This document shows, in pieces, positions 1 to 9,411 of a DNA stretch of 64,000 bases (positions are counted from its first letter, which is position 1; each line of letters opens with the position of its first letter). The notes beneath the pieces were generated by a model. It did not search any database and was not told the DNA's origin. It saw nothing but the letters and a program-made list of their open reading frames with translations. The DNA lies in contig CAWCKH010000004.1 in NCBI GenBank assembly GCA_963796055.1, positions 320,001 through 384,000 on the forward strand. Reading direction: 5' to 3'. Source of the DNA: an uncultured delta proteobacterium. Lineage in GTDB: Bacteria; Myxococcota; Myxococcia; Myxococcales; Myxococcaceae. The translations under genes and the position numbers were made by a program.

Positions 1-1
1 C

Positions 2-2152
2 CGCACCGTCGAGGACCTCAAGCGGATCCGGCTCTGGGCCGGGCAGGTCCAGACCGGAGTGGTCATCGGCGGAGGCCTGCTTGGCCTCGAGGCCGCCCAC
101 GCCCTGACCCGCATGGGTCTGGAGACCCACGTCGTCGAGCTCGCACCCCGCCTCATGTCGATGCAGATCGACGACGGCGGCGCGGACATCCTCCGCGCGA
201 AGATCGAGGCGCTCGGCGTCTCCGTCCACACCGGCAAGAAGACCAGTCGGATCGTCTCCCGTGGGGGCAGGGTCACCGAGATCCACTTCGCCGACGGCGG
301 CGTGCTCGCCACCGAGATGGTCGTCTTCTCCGCCGGCATCAGCGCTCGCGACGAGCTGGCCCGGCAGAGCGGCCTGGCCATCGGCGAGCGCGGGGGCATC
401 GTCATCGATGCGCACTGCCGGACCTCCGACCCGGAGATCCTCGCCATCGGAGAGTGCGCTCAGTACCGCGGCCGCACCTACGGCCTGGTCGGCCCCGGCT
501 ACCAGATGGCCCGCACCGCCGTCGCCACTCTGACCGGCGGCGACGACCAGCTGGGCGTGTTCGACATGAGCACCAAGCTGAAGCTCATGGGCGTGGAGGT
601 CGCGAGCTTCGGCGACGCCCACGGCACCCACCCCGGCGCCCGCGTCGTCGCCTTCACCGACTCGGTCTCCGGCATCTACAAGAAGCTCGTCCTCAGCTCC
701 GACCGCCAGCGCCTCCTCGGCGGGGTGCTGGTCGGCGAGGCCTCGAGCTACGGACACCTCCTCTCGCTCACCCAGAGCAAGGCCGCGCTGCCACCGCAGC
801 CCGAACAGCTCATTCTCCCCCGCATCGACGGAGGAGCGGCGCTGCCCGGGGTGGACGCCCTCCCCGAGGCGGCCACCATCTGCACGTGCCAGAACGTGGC
901 CAAGGGCGTCATCTGCAAGGCCATCCGCGCCCGGGACCTGGGCTCCGTCGGGGCGATCAAGGCCGCCACCACCGCGGGCACCGGTTGCGGCTCCTGCGTC
1001 CCGCTCCTCGGCGAGCTCCTCACCCGGGAGATGAAGCGGGCCGGGAAGAAGGTCTCCAACCATCTCTGCGAACACTTCCCCCACTCCCGGCAGGAGCTTT
1101 TCCATCTGATCCGCGTGCACGGGATCCGCACCTTCGAGGCCGTCATCGGCCGGCACGGCCGCGGCTCCGGCTGCGAGATCTGCAAGCCCGCGGTTGCGTC
1201 CATTCTCTCCTCCACCTGGAACGAGCACGTGCTCGACGACCGCCATCTCGGGCTCCAGGACACCAACGATCGATTCCTGGCCAACATCCAGCGCGACGGC
1301 AGCTACTCGGTGGTCCCCCGCGTCCCGGGCGGGGAGATCGCCCCCGAGCAGCTCGTCGCCCTGGGCCAGACCGCGCGGAAGTACGGCCTGTACTCGAAGA
1401 TCACCGGCGCGCAGCGGGTGGACCTGTTCGGTGCGCGGCTGGAGCAGCTCCCGGAGATCTGGCGCGACCTGATCGCCGCGGGCTTCGAGTCCGGCCATGC
1501 CTACGGCAAGGCGCTCCGCACCGTGAAGTCCTGCGTCGGGAGCACCTGGTGCCGCTTCGGCGTGCAGGACTCGGTCAGCTTCGCCATCCGGCTGGAGAAT
1601 CGTTACAAGGGTCTGCGCGCGCCCCACAAGCTGAAGTCCGCGGTCTCCGGCTGCGCCCGGGAGTGCGCCGAGGCCCAGGGCAAGGACTTCGGGGTCATCG
1701 CCACCGAGAAGGGCTACAACCTCTACCTCTGCGGCAACGGGGGGATGAAGCCGCAGCACGCCCAGCTCTTCGCCACCGACCTGGATGAGGACACCCTCAT
1801 CCGGTACCTCGATCGCTTCCTGATGTTCTACGTGCGTACCGCCGACCGGCTGCAGCGCACGGCGGCCTGGTTCAACAACCTCGAGGGCGGCATCGAGTAC
1901 CTGCGCCAGGTCCTGATCGAGGACTCGCTGGGGATCTGCGCCGAGCTCGAAGCCGACATGGCGCACGTCGTGGACACCTACCGGTGCGAGTGGGCGGCCA
2001 CGCTCGACGACCCCACCAAGCTCGCTCGCTTCCGCAGCTTCGTGAACTCCTCCCAGCCGGACCCGAGCCTGGTCCGGATCCCACAGCGGGCGCAGCACCG
2101 GCCCGCCACCTGGGAGGAGAAGAGAGAGCTCGTGCCACAGGAGGCCGGATGA
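2..2152 (+). CDS. nirB: NADH-dependent nitrite reductase large subunit (5' truncated by window edge)
   Basis: VIGGGLLGLEAA FAD/NAD motif, two BFD-like [2Fe-2S] motifs (CTCQNV..CGSC; CEHF..CEIC), siroheme/4Fe-4S motifs KSCVGSTWCRFG and SGCARECAE. Confidence 0.96.
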   Translation, partial: RTVEDLKRIRLWAGQVQTGVVIGGGLLGLEAAHALTRMGLETHVVELAPRLMSMQIDDGGADILRAKIEALGVSVHTGKKTSRIVSRGGRVTEIHFADGGVLATEMVVFSAGISARDELARQSGLAIGERGGIVIDAHCRTSDPEILAIGECAQYRGRTYGLVGPGYQMARTAVATLTGGDDQLGVFDMSTKLKLMGVEVASFGDAHGTHPGARVVAFTDSVSGIYKKLVLSSDRQRLLGGVLVGEASSYGHLLSLTQSKAALPPQPEQLILPRIDGGAALPGVDALPEAATICTCQNVAKGVICKAIRARDLGSVGAIKAATTAGTGCGSCVPLLGELLTREMKRAGKKVSNHLCEHFPHSRQELFHLIRVHGIRTFEAVIGRHGRGSGCEICKPAVASILSSTWNEHVLDDRHLGLQDTNDRFLANIQRDGSYSVVPRVPGGEIAPEQLVALGQTARKYGLYSKITGAQRVDLFGARLEQLPEIWRDLIAAGFESGHAYGKALRTVKSCVGSTWCRFGVQDSVSFAIRLENRYKGLRAPHKLKSAVSGCARECAEAQGKDFGVIATEKGYNLYLCGNGGMKPQHAQLFATDLDEDTLIRYLDRFLMFYVRTADRLQRTAAWFNNLEGGIEYLRQVLIEDSLGICAELEADMAHVVDTYRCEWAATLDDPTKLARFRSFVNSSQPDPSLVRIPQRAQHRPATWEEKRELVPQEAG

Positions 2153-2526
2153 CCGCCGTCGCGCTCCAGCCGGAGGCGTCGCAGTGGGAGGACGTCTGCG
2201 CCCTCGACCTCATCGTCCCCTGGACCGGCGTCTGCGCGCTGGTCGGCAGCCGGCAGGTCGCCATCGTGCGCACCGGCGATGCGGTCTACGCCATCGGCAA
2301 CTTCAATCCCTTCAGCAAGGCCTTCGTGCTCTCGCGGGGAATCGTCGGCGACAAGGGCGGCATCCCGAAGATCGCCTCTCCCATCTTCAAGCAGACCTTC
2401 GACCTGCGCACCGGCCGGTGCCTGGACAATCCGAAGATCCGCGTCCCCACCCACGAGGTCCGTGTCGAGCGCGGACGGGTCCTCGTGCACCGCGAACCGC
2501 GCCAGGGAGAACACGATGGAGCATGA
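2149..2526 (+). CDS. nirD: Nitrite reductase small subunit (Rieske-like)
   Basis: ATGA overlap with nirB stop; VLSRGIVGD, IASPIFKQTFDLRTGRCL. Confidence 0.93.
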   Translation: MTAVALQPEASQWEDVCALDLIVPWTGVCALVGSRQVAIVRTGDAVYAIGNFNPFSKAFVLSRGIVGDKGGIPKIASPIFKQTFDLRTGRCLDNPKIRVPTHEVRVERGRVLVHREPRQGEHDGA

Positions 2527-3352
2527 GACGATCGCCACCGCGGCCGCCGCCGCCCGGGCCAAGGCTGGACTGCTACGACATAGCCCGCTGCAGTACCTCG
2601 TCCTCTCCGCGCTGGCGGGCGCCTACGTCGGCCTGGGCATCGTGCTCATCTTCGCCATCGGCGCCCCGCTGGCAGCCGCCGGCTCCGGGGCGACGCGGGC
2701 GGTGATGGGCGCCTCGTTCGGGGTGGCCCTCACCCTGGTCATCTTCGCCGGCTCGGAGCTGTTCACCGGCAACAACCTCATCATGACCGTGGGCCTGCTC
2801 TCGCGGACGGCGAACGCAGCGGCGCTGACCCGGGTGTGGATCGCGAGCTTCCTCGGCAACCTCGCCGGTTCGCTGCTCCTGGCGCTGGCCACCGCGGCCT
2901 CGGGCGTGCTGAGCAAGTCCCCGGCGAAGGAGTTCGTGCTCGGGGTGGTGGCCGCCAAGATGGCCGCGCCGGCGAGCGAGCTGTTCTTCCGCGGCGTGCT
3001 CTGCAACGCGCTGGTGTGCCTCGCGGTGTGGATGGGGCTCCGGACCAAGGACGAGACCGCCCGGCTGGTCCTCATCTTCTGGTGCCTGTTCGCCTTCATC
3101 GGCGCGGGCTTCGAGCACAGCGTGGCGAACATGAGCCTGCTCGGCATCGGTCTGTTCCTGCCGCACGACCCGGCGCTGGTCTCCTGGGCCGGCTTCGTCC
3201 GGAACCTCATCCTGGTCACGGCAGGGAACATCGTCGGCGGGGCGATGCTCATCGGGCTCCCGTACTGGTTCGTGGCCCAGGGGCAACGACGGCTCCTCGC
3301 GGTCCGCACCGTCGAGGAGCCGGTGGCGGCGCAGGTGGCGGCCGCCCGATGA
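2516..3352 (+). CDS. nirC: Formate/nitrite transporter family channel
   Basis: LAGAYVG, GSELFTGN, GNLAG, GVLCNALVCLA, GFEHSVANM, GNIVGG FNT motifs; nir operon context. Confidence 0.92.
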   Translation: MEHETIATAAAAARAKAGLLRHSPLQYLVLSALAGAYVGLGIVLIFAIGAPLAAAGSGATRAVMGASFGVALTLVIFAGSELFTGNNLIMTVGLLSRTANAAALTRVWIASFLGNLAGSLLLALATAASGVLSKSPAKEFVLGVVAAKMAAPASELFFRGVLCNALVCLAVWMGLRTKDETARLVLIFWCLFAFIGAGFEHSVANMSLLGIGLFLPHDPALVSWAGFVRNLILVTAGNIVGGAMLIGLPYWFVAQGQRRLLAVRTVEEPVAAQVAAAR

Positions 3353-4176
3353 GAGCGCGGATGTCGGGGGAGCGGGTGGTCCACTTCGAGTCCCGGCTCG
3401 GCGAGGAGCTGTCCGAGCTGGTGCGGCGCAGCGGAGGGGTCCCGGTCCGGGTGCCGGCGGTGGTCGAGCGCCGTCGCCCGGCCGGGGAGGAGGTCGCGGC
3501 GCTGCTCGACCTGCTCGGCGCGGAGGGACCGGCGGCGTTCGTCTTCTCCACCGGCGTGGGGGTCCAGGCGCTGTTCGACGAGGCCCGGGCGCTCGGACGG
3601 GCAACGGAGCTGCGGGACCTCGTCCAGCGCGGAGGCTCGGTCTGCCGCGGCCCCAAGGCGGTTGCCGCCCTCTACCGCGAGGGCATCGGTTCCTCGCTCC
3701 GGGCCCGCTCGCCCTACATCACGGGCGACCTCCTGGAGATCCTCGCCACGGTGGATCTCCGCGGCCTGACGATGGTGCTGGTTCACTACGGGGAGCGGAA
3801 CGAGCCGCTGGTGGAGGCGCTCACCGCGCGCGGGGCGGTGCTCCTCGAGCTGCTGCTCTATGGCTGGGAGCTCCCGGAGGACCCCACCCCGCTGGCGTAC
3901 GCGGCCGAGGCGCTGATCCAGGGAGAGTTCGCCGCCGCGGCGTTCACCACCCAGATCCAGGCCCGGCATCTGATGCAGGTCGCAACCTGGAGCGGACGGA
4001 ACGAGGAGCTGGTTCAGGCGATGCGCTCGCGCGTGGTGGTGGCCGCGATCGGGCCAACCTGCGCCCGCGTCCTCGAGGAGCTCGGGGTTCCGCCCCACGT
4101 GGTCCCCGATCCTCCGAAGATGGGGGCGATGCTCGACGCGCTGGTGGGCCGGCTCGCCTACCGGAGCGCCGCGTGA
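3349..4176 (+). CDS. hemD: Uroporphyrinogen-III synthase
   Basis: FSTGVGV, CRGPKAVAAL, AAIGPTCARVL motifs; ATGA overlap with nirC. Confidence 0.82.
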   Translation: MRARMSGERVVHFESRLGEELSELVRRSGGVPVRVPAVVERRRPAGEEVAALLDLLGAEGPAAFVFSTGVGVQALFDEARALGRATELRDLVQRGGSVCRGPKAVAALYREGIGSSLRARSPYITGDLLEILATVDLRGLTMVLVHYGERNEPLVEALTARGAVLLELLLYGWELPEDPTPLAYAAEALIQGEFAAAAFTTQIQARHLMQVATWSGRNEELVQAMRSRVVVAAIGPTCARVLEELGVPPHVVPDPPKMGAMLDALVGRLAYRSAA

Positions 4177-4739
4177 CGCTCTACCCCGCGTTCCTGAAGC
4201 TGTCGGGCCGCGAGGTGCTCCTGGTGGGCGGCGGGCGCGTGGCGGCGAGCAAGCTCCGCGGTCTGCTGGACGCGGGGGCCGACGTCACGGTGATCGCCCC
4301 GAGCATCCTCCCGGACCTGTGGCAACCGGGGGTGCGGCTCATCCGCCGCCGCTTCGAGCCGGGCGACGTGGATGGCTGCTGGTTCGTGGTCTCGGCGTCC
4401 ACCGCGGAGGTCAACCGGCAGGTGTCGGCGGCCGCGCGAGCCCGGCGGGTGTTCGTCAACGCCGTCGATGACGTCGATTCGGCCAGCGTCTACCTCGGCG
4501 GGGTGGTGCGGCGGGGAGCGGCCACGGTGGCCATCTCCACCGGAGGCCGGGCGCCGGCGCTGGCGGGGTTGCTCCGTGAGGCGCTGGAGCGGCTTCTGCC
4601 CGACGACCTCGGCGACTGGGTCACCTCGGCGGAGCGGCTCCGGGCGCGCTGGCGGGCCGAGGGCGTGAGCATGGAAGCCCGGCGGCCACTGCTGCTGCGG
4701 GTGCTGGAAGAGAAGTACGGCGGACGGGAGCCGGCGTGA
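4173..4739 (+). CDS. Precorrin-2 dehydrogenase / sirohydrochlorin ferrochelatase (SirC / CysG N-terminal domain)
   Basis: YPAFLKLSGREVLLVGGGRVAASK, FVNAVDD, VAISTGGRAPALA. Confidence 0.9.
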   Translation: MTLYPAFLKLSGREVLLVGGGRVAASKLRGLLDAGADVTVIAPSILPDLWQPGVRLIRRRFEPGDVDGCWFVVSASTAEVNRQVSAAARARRVFVNAVDDVDSASVYLGGVVRRGAATVAISTGGRAPALAGLLREALERLLPDDLGDWVTSAERLRARWRAEGVSMEARRPLLLRVLEEKYGGREPA

Positions 4740-5515
4740 GTGGCCCGGGGCTGGTCTCGCTGGTCGGGGCAGGGCCCGGCGATCCGGAGCTGCTGACCCT
4801 GCGCGCGGTGGCCCGCCTGGCCGCCGCCGACGTCGTCTTCTACGACGCGCTGGTCGATCGGGCCGCGCTGAGGCTCGCGCCGCGGGCGCGCTGGGCGTTC
4901 GTCGGGAAGCGGGCAGGTCGGCCGTCGATCTCGCAGCGCACCATCGAGCGGCTGATGATCCGCCGGGCGCTCCGGGGCGAGCGGGTGGTGAGACTCAAGA
5001 GCGGCGACCCGTTCGTCTTCGGGCGTGGCGGGGAGGAGGCGCTGGCGCTGGCGGCGGCTGGGATCTCCTGTGAGGTGGTGCCCGGAGTCTCCGCGGCGGT
5101 GGCCGCTCCGGGCCTGTCGGGCATCCCGGTCACCCACCGCGGCCTGTCCGCGGCGTTCCTGGTCGTCTCCGGTCACGCCGAGGCAGCATTTGCCCCGGTC
5201 CTGCGATCGCTCGAGCCTGGGGCGGCGACCGTCGTGGTGCTGATGGGACTGCAGACCCGCGCCCTGCTCGCCGAGGCGCTGCTCGGCCGCGGCTGGGATC
5301 CGGCAACGCCCGCGGCCGTCCTGCTCGCCGCGGGGACCGCCGAGGCGCGCGCGTGGCGCGGCATACTGGCGGCCCTGGGCGGCTGCGAGCTCCCGGACCG
5401 GCATCCCGAGCTCCCGGGAGTGCTGGTGATCGGCGCGTCGGTGGCCGTCGCGGGTCAGATCGAAGGGCTCCGCGGCGGGCGCGAGGCCGGACGGGCGCGC
5501 GCCACCGGCGACTGA
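4736..5515 (+). CDS. cobA: Uroporphyrinogen-III C-methyltransferase
   Basis: VSLVGAGPGDPELLTLRA, RLKSGDPFVFGRGGEE, IPVTHRG. Confidence 0.95.
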   Translation: MSGPGLVSLVGAGPGDPELLTLRAVARLAAADVVFYDALVDRAALRLAPRARWAFVGKRAGRPSISQRTIERLMIRRALRGERVVRLKSGDPFVFGRGGEEALALAAAGISCEVVPGVSAAVAAPGLSGIPVTHRGLSAAFLVVSGHAEAAFAPVLRSLEPGAATVVVLMGLQTRALLAEALLGRGWDPATPAAVLLAAGTAEARAWRGILAALGGCELPDRHPELPGVLVIGASVAVAGQIEGLRGGREAGRARATGD

Positions 5516-5576
5516 GACCAGGCGACTCGGCCCGCCCGGTGCCAAGGCCAGGGAGCCCACACTATCTTCCCCGGGC

Positions 5577-6569
5577 ATGTTCAAGGCCGGTGTGGCGGGC
5601 TGGGACTACAAGAACTGGAGCGGCACCGTGTACCCCGAGCACGCGGGACGCGGGTTCGACAAGCTCGAGTACCTCTCGCTCTACCTCCCGCTCTTCGAGA
5701 TCAACCGGACGTACTACCGCGCCGCCACCGCCGCCGAGGCCCGCGGGTGGCTGGGGCGCGTCGCTCACCGGCCGGGGGTGGTCTTCACCGCGAAGATCCC
5801 CGAGCAGTTCGTCGCCCCCGGCAAGAGCTGGACCCGCGAGGACGTGGCGCGGGCGCGGGAGGGGCTCGACGTCCTGCACGAGGCCGGCCGGCTCGGGGCC
5901 GCGGTCCTCCAGTTCGCCTACAGCTTCAAGCGCATCAAGCGTGACGCCACCATCGACGAGGACGCGCTCCGCTGGCTGCTGAAGTCCGCCGCCGCCTTCA
6001 AGGGCCTGCCGGTCTTCGTCGAGTTCCGGCACGACAGCTGGGACGCGCCCGAGGTCCTGGCCGAGCTGCGGGAGCGGAAGATCGGCTGGATCAACGTCGA
6101 CCAGCCCCACCTCCCGAAGGACTCACTGCGGCTCCGCCCCTACGCCACCACCTCCACCGGCTACATCCGCATGCACGGCCGCAACTACCAGACCTGGATG
6201 CGCTTCTTCGGGCGGGGCTCGAAGAAGACCGCGGAGAACGTCGAGAAGCGTCAGAAGAAGACCCCCGAGCAGCGCCGGGCGGAGGAGGCGCAGAAGGACG
6301 CCCGGTTCGATTACCTGTACCCGCGCTCGGAGCTGGAGGACGTCGCCCGGACCGCGCGCCAGGTGGCCGCCCTTCCCGAGGTCCGGGACGTCTACCTGGT
6401 CAACAACAACCACAACTTCGGCAAGGCGCCCACCAACGCCCTGATGCTCGAGTCCATGCTCACCGGCGAGGACGTCCCCGCCCCGCCCGACCTGTTCGAG
6501 CACTACCCCGAGGCGCTGCGCGGATTCGCCCACCCGGTGCCGGCCGAGGAGCTGCGCTCGGAGTCCTGA
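5577..6569 (+). CDS. DUF72 (YecE-like) protein
   Basis: GVAGWDYKNW..VYP, EINRTYY, VEFRHDSW, YIRMHGRN, FDYLY, NNH motifs. Confidence 0.88.
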   Translation: MFKAGVAGWDYKNWSGTVYPEHAGRGFDKLEYLSLYLPLFEINRTYYRAATAAEARGWLGRVAHRPGVVFTAKIPEQFVAPGKSWTREDVARAREGLDVLHEAGRLGAAVLQFAYSFKRIKRDATIDEDALRWLLKSAAAFKGLPVFVEFRHDSWDAPEVLAELRERKIGWINVDQPHLPKDSLRLRPYATTSTGYIRMHGRNYQTWMRFFGRGSKKTAENVEKRQKKTPEQRRAEEAQKDARFDYLYPRSELEDVARTARQVAALPEVRDVYLVNNNHNFGKAPTNALMLESMLTGEDVPAPPDLFEHYPEALRGFAHPVPAEELRSES

Positions 6570-6900
6570 GGGCGAGTCCCTCCCCGGGTTCTGGCCGGGA
6601 GCTGAGGCGCCGATTCACACGGGGCACGCGGACCCGGTACTTCTGGGGCTTCGAGCCGGTCCGCTCGATGAACTTCCGCGCCTCGAGGTCGAGCTTCACC
6701 GTCTCGGCATACCAGCTGACGTTCCCCTCGAAGCCTCCCCGGAGGGCGGTGGCGAGCGCGTCCATCAGCTCCGTGTGCGTGAGCTCCGCTCCCTCGAGCG
6801 CCGCCAGCAGCGCCCCCTTCACCACCTCGTACCTCTCCCGGTCGATGCGCCTCCCGCTCTTCCCCCGCGTCGGGTGGCGGGTCTGGATCTTCCCGGTCAT
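6460..6900 (-). CDS. Small winged-helix-like protein (DUF6958-like); C-terminal tail overlaps the DUF72 gene
   Basis: MTGKIQTRHP...GNVSWYAETVKLDLEARKFIER; start overlaps the DUF1697 stop. Confidence 0.65.
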   Translation of the reverse strand: MTGKIQTRHPTRGKSGRRIDRERYEVVKGALLAALEGAELTHTELMDALATALRGGFEGNVSWYAETVKLDLEARKFIERTGSKPQKYRVRVPRVNRRLSSRPEPGEGLALRTPSAAPRPAPGGRIRAAPRGSARTGRAGRGRPRR

Positions 6901-7409
6901 CGTGCGACCTTTCTCACCGTGTCCCAGGTCCTGGTGGTCAGCTCGTCGCCGAACGTCCGCTCGATCAACGACATGAACACCGGGCCTCTCGGGCTCCGGA
7001 CGTAGGAGGTGAAGACCTCCCGCCCCCGAACCTGGAGGATGCGCGCGCCGTCCTTCTCGGGAAGGCGCACCGGGATCTGGGCTGGCTTCTCCCGGAGGAA
7101 GGTCACGATCTTCTTCGACTCCGCGGGAAGGCGGTGGGAGGCGAACGGGTCGGAGGTGAGGAGCTCCCGGAGCTCCTCGAGCGACCGGATGATGCTCAGG
7201 AACGTCCGCCCGAGGTGCTCCTGCATCCCCTGCTCGGCCTTCCGCTGCAGCACCGTGTCCGTGGCCGCGCGGGCGTCGAAGACCACGTTCCCGCTGGAGA
7301 GCAGGGTCCGGACCTCCTCGAACCCCGCCTTCTCGAAGGCGCGCTTCAGCTCCGGCATCCTGGCGTTCATCGGGCTCACGCCCCGGAGGAAGGCTGCGTA
7401 GCGCGGCAT
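6897..7409 (-). CDS. DUF1697 family protein
   Basis: MPRYAAFLRGVSPMN, VRTLLSSGNVVF, TTRTWDTVRK. Confidence 0.88.
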   Translation of the reverse strand: MPRYAAFLRGVSPMNARMPELKRAFEKAGFEEVRTLLSSGNVVFDARAATDTVLQRKAEQGMQEHLGRTFLSIIRSLEELRELLTSDPFASHRLPAESKKIVTFLREKPAQIPVRLPEKDGARILQVRGREVFTSYVRSPRGPVFMSLIERTFGDELTTRTWDTVRKVAR

Positions 7410-7558
7410 CAGTCGGCCGTACCACACGCGTTCCGGCGACGGAACCCACGCCGGGCGTCGATCAGAGGACTCGGTTCGACGTCGCCGACGGCCGCGACTC
7501 GTGATGCGTCCCGGCACAGTCGCGGCGCCCGCAACGGGCCGTCCTCCCTCGCCTGCCC

Positions 7559-7852
7559 CGGGCAAGCGGCGCCAAGAGCGCGCTGGCGGCGCTGCTCGAC
7601 CGCGCGCCCGACTTCGAGGTGGAGACGCCCCCGGAGCCTCCTGCCCCGCCCGACCTCGGACTCCTCGAGGAACAGGCCCCGGGACGCCGGCTGGACGTGC
7701 TCGGAGCGTGGAAGAGCGTCGACGCCGCCCGCGCCGGCGAGACCTCCTACGTGCTCAGCTACCTCCCCACCATCGGCTTCAACGGGCAGTACACCTACAG
7801 CAACACCACCGGGTTCACCGACCGGCACGGCCTCGACAGCAGCGCACCGTAG
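7559..7852 (+). pseudogene. Internal fragment of a TolC-family outer membrane efflux protein
   Basis: Frame reads AKSALAALLDRAPDFEVETPPEP...LEEQAPGRRLDVLGAWKSVDAARAGETSYVLSYLPTIGFNGQYTYSN, then stops; no N-terminus. Confidence 0.6.
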
Positions 7853-7879
7853 CGGCCCCCACCGGCGCACCCGAGCCGG

Positions 7880-8383
7880 TCATCGGCCGGCGGCGTGCTC
7901 GCGGAGCGAGGTCAAGAGATCTCCCCACCACAGTCCGATCATCCGGATGAACGCCGGAACGTCGTGCCCATGGCGGACCGGATGGTCCGGGCGGAGGCTG
8001 GCCCAGCCGCGGTGGGTGACGGTGACCACCGTCCCGCTGGGGCTCGGCTCGAACAGCACCTCGACCTCGGTCCGCTCACCGGGCTCGAAGTTCACCCCCC
8101 GCCACTCGAACACCAGGCGCGCGGGTGGCTCCCAGACCGTCACCGTCCCGGTCTCGAAGACCCGCATCGTGCCCTTGGTCTCGAACGACTCGAACAGCCG
8201 CCCACCCACGTGCCGCTCGAGGTGGAGGAAGCCGCGGTTCCCGCCGGCTATCCGGTACCTCAGCCCCCGCCGCCACCACTGGTCGATCTCCTCGGTGAAC
8301 ACCCGGTAGGCGACGTCGGGAGGCACCGCGACCAGCACCGTCGCCCGGGCCTGGTCTCCGGCACGCGGTTGCACCTGGGTCAT
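7880..8383 (-). CDS. SRPBCC/AHSA1 domain protein
   Basis: AYRVFTEEIDQWW, TVWEPPARLVFEW, TVVTVTHRGW. Confidence 0.88.
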   Translation of the reverse strand: MTQVQPRAGDQARATVLVAVPPDVAYRVFTEEIDQWWRRGLRYRIAGGNRGFLHLERHVGGRLFESFETKGTMRVFETGTVTVWEPPARLVFEWRGVNFEPGERTEVEVLFEPSPSGTVVTVTHRGWASLRPDHPVRHGHDVPAFIRMIGLWWGDLLTSLREHAAGR

Positions 8384-8721
8384 CGGCGCCGCCCCCGGTG
8401 CACCTGCTCGGCGTGGGCCTTGAACGCCTGCAGCTGGTCGCCCCACATCGCCTCGACGTCCTCGACCCAGGCGCGCAGGCGGGAGAACGGCTCGGTCCGC
8501 AGCTGGATCAGCCGCGCCCGCGCGTCCTCCTCGATCGCCTCCTGGGCGATGAGCCCCGCCTTCCGGAGGACGCGCAGGTGCCGGCTCATCGCCGGACGGC
8601 TCATCGACAGCGCCTCGGCCACCTCGCTGGGGCGCTGCGGCTTCTTCCGCAGGCGCTCGACGATCGCCCGGCGGGTCGGGTCGGCCAGCGCGGCGAGGGT
8701 GCGATCCAGCTCAGCGGCCAC
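8380..8721 (-). CDS. ArsR/SmtB family transcriptional regulator
   Basis: LAALADPTRRAIVERL, MSRPAMSRHLRVLRKAGL. Confidence 0.92.
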   Translation of the reverse strand: MAAELDRTLAALADPTRRAIVERLRKKPQRPSEVAEALSMSRPAMSRHLRVLRKAGLIAQEAIEEDARARLIQLRTEPFSRLRAWVEDVEAMWGDQLQAFKAHAEQVHRGRRR

Positions 8722-9172
8722 GGGGCGCCGCGTCCCGGACCCGCTGCATGAACCACCAGTGGTGACCCTCGGGGTCCTCGGCCCGATAGGCGCGATCGGA
8801 CCAGTAGTCCGAGCCGTAGTCGGTGGTCGTCGGCTCGTCGATGATCTTCGCCCCGGCCGCCCTGGCGCGGGCACAGTGCGCGTCCACGTCGTCGACGAAG
8901 ATCGCCAGCATCTGGGTGTTGATGCCGCCGACGGAGCGGGGACTCCGGCCCGGAAGCGGGACCTTGCGATCGGAGCTGCCGCCCGAGCTGCTGACCCCGA
9001 TATGCCCTTCGCCGAACCGAAGCTCGGAGTGCTCGATCCGCCCACCCTCGCCCTCGATCTTCAGCTGCACCTCGAAGCCGAACGCCCGGCACAGCCAGTC
9101 GATGGCCTTGCTCGCGTCGTCGTAGAAGACTGCCGGGCAGATCCGCGCCCAGCCCTCGGGTGGCTTCTTCAT
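8711..9172 (-). CDS. VOC/glyoxalase family protein
   Basis: AIDWLCRAFGF, VDDVDAHCARARAAGA, EDPEGHHW. Confidence 0.9.
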   Translation of the reverse strand: MKKPPEGWARICPAVFYDDASKAIDWLCRAFGFEVQLKIEGEGGRIEHSELRFGEGHIGVSSSGGSSDRKVPLPGRSPRSVGGINTQMLAIFVDDVDAHCARARAAGAKIIDEPTTTDYGSDYWSDRAYRAEDPEGHHWWFMQRVRDAAPRGR

Positions 9173-9191
9173 GGTCGTCCTCCGGTGATCG

Positions 9192-9241
9192 ATTGCCAAC
9201 GGCGGCAATGATTAACTGCAAGCGCAACCACTTACAAGTGG
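9192..9241. promoter_or_regulatory. Candidate operator palindromes upstream of the VOC-ArsR-SRPBCC operon
   Basis: ATTGCC-N6-GGCAAT (9192-9209) and CCACTT-AC-AAGTGG (9228-9241) in an AT-richer divergent intergenic region. Confidence 0.45.
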
Positions 9242-9411
9242 CTCCGGGAAATCAGTCCTTCAGTGGACGGATGAGTCCGAGCCCGAGCAGCGGCGCGTTC
9301 GACCGACCGCGGAGCAGCAGTCCGCCCCACGGCGTCCGAGCCCGGCCGAGGCTTGTCGCACCCGCGGGTCCGTGCCATCTCCGCTCCGACGCACGGCCAC
9401 GGAGAACGACG

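Noticed and set aside
2..5515. nir/siroheme operon as novel
   Set aside because: Standard arrangement of known genes
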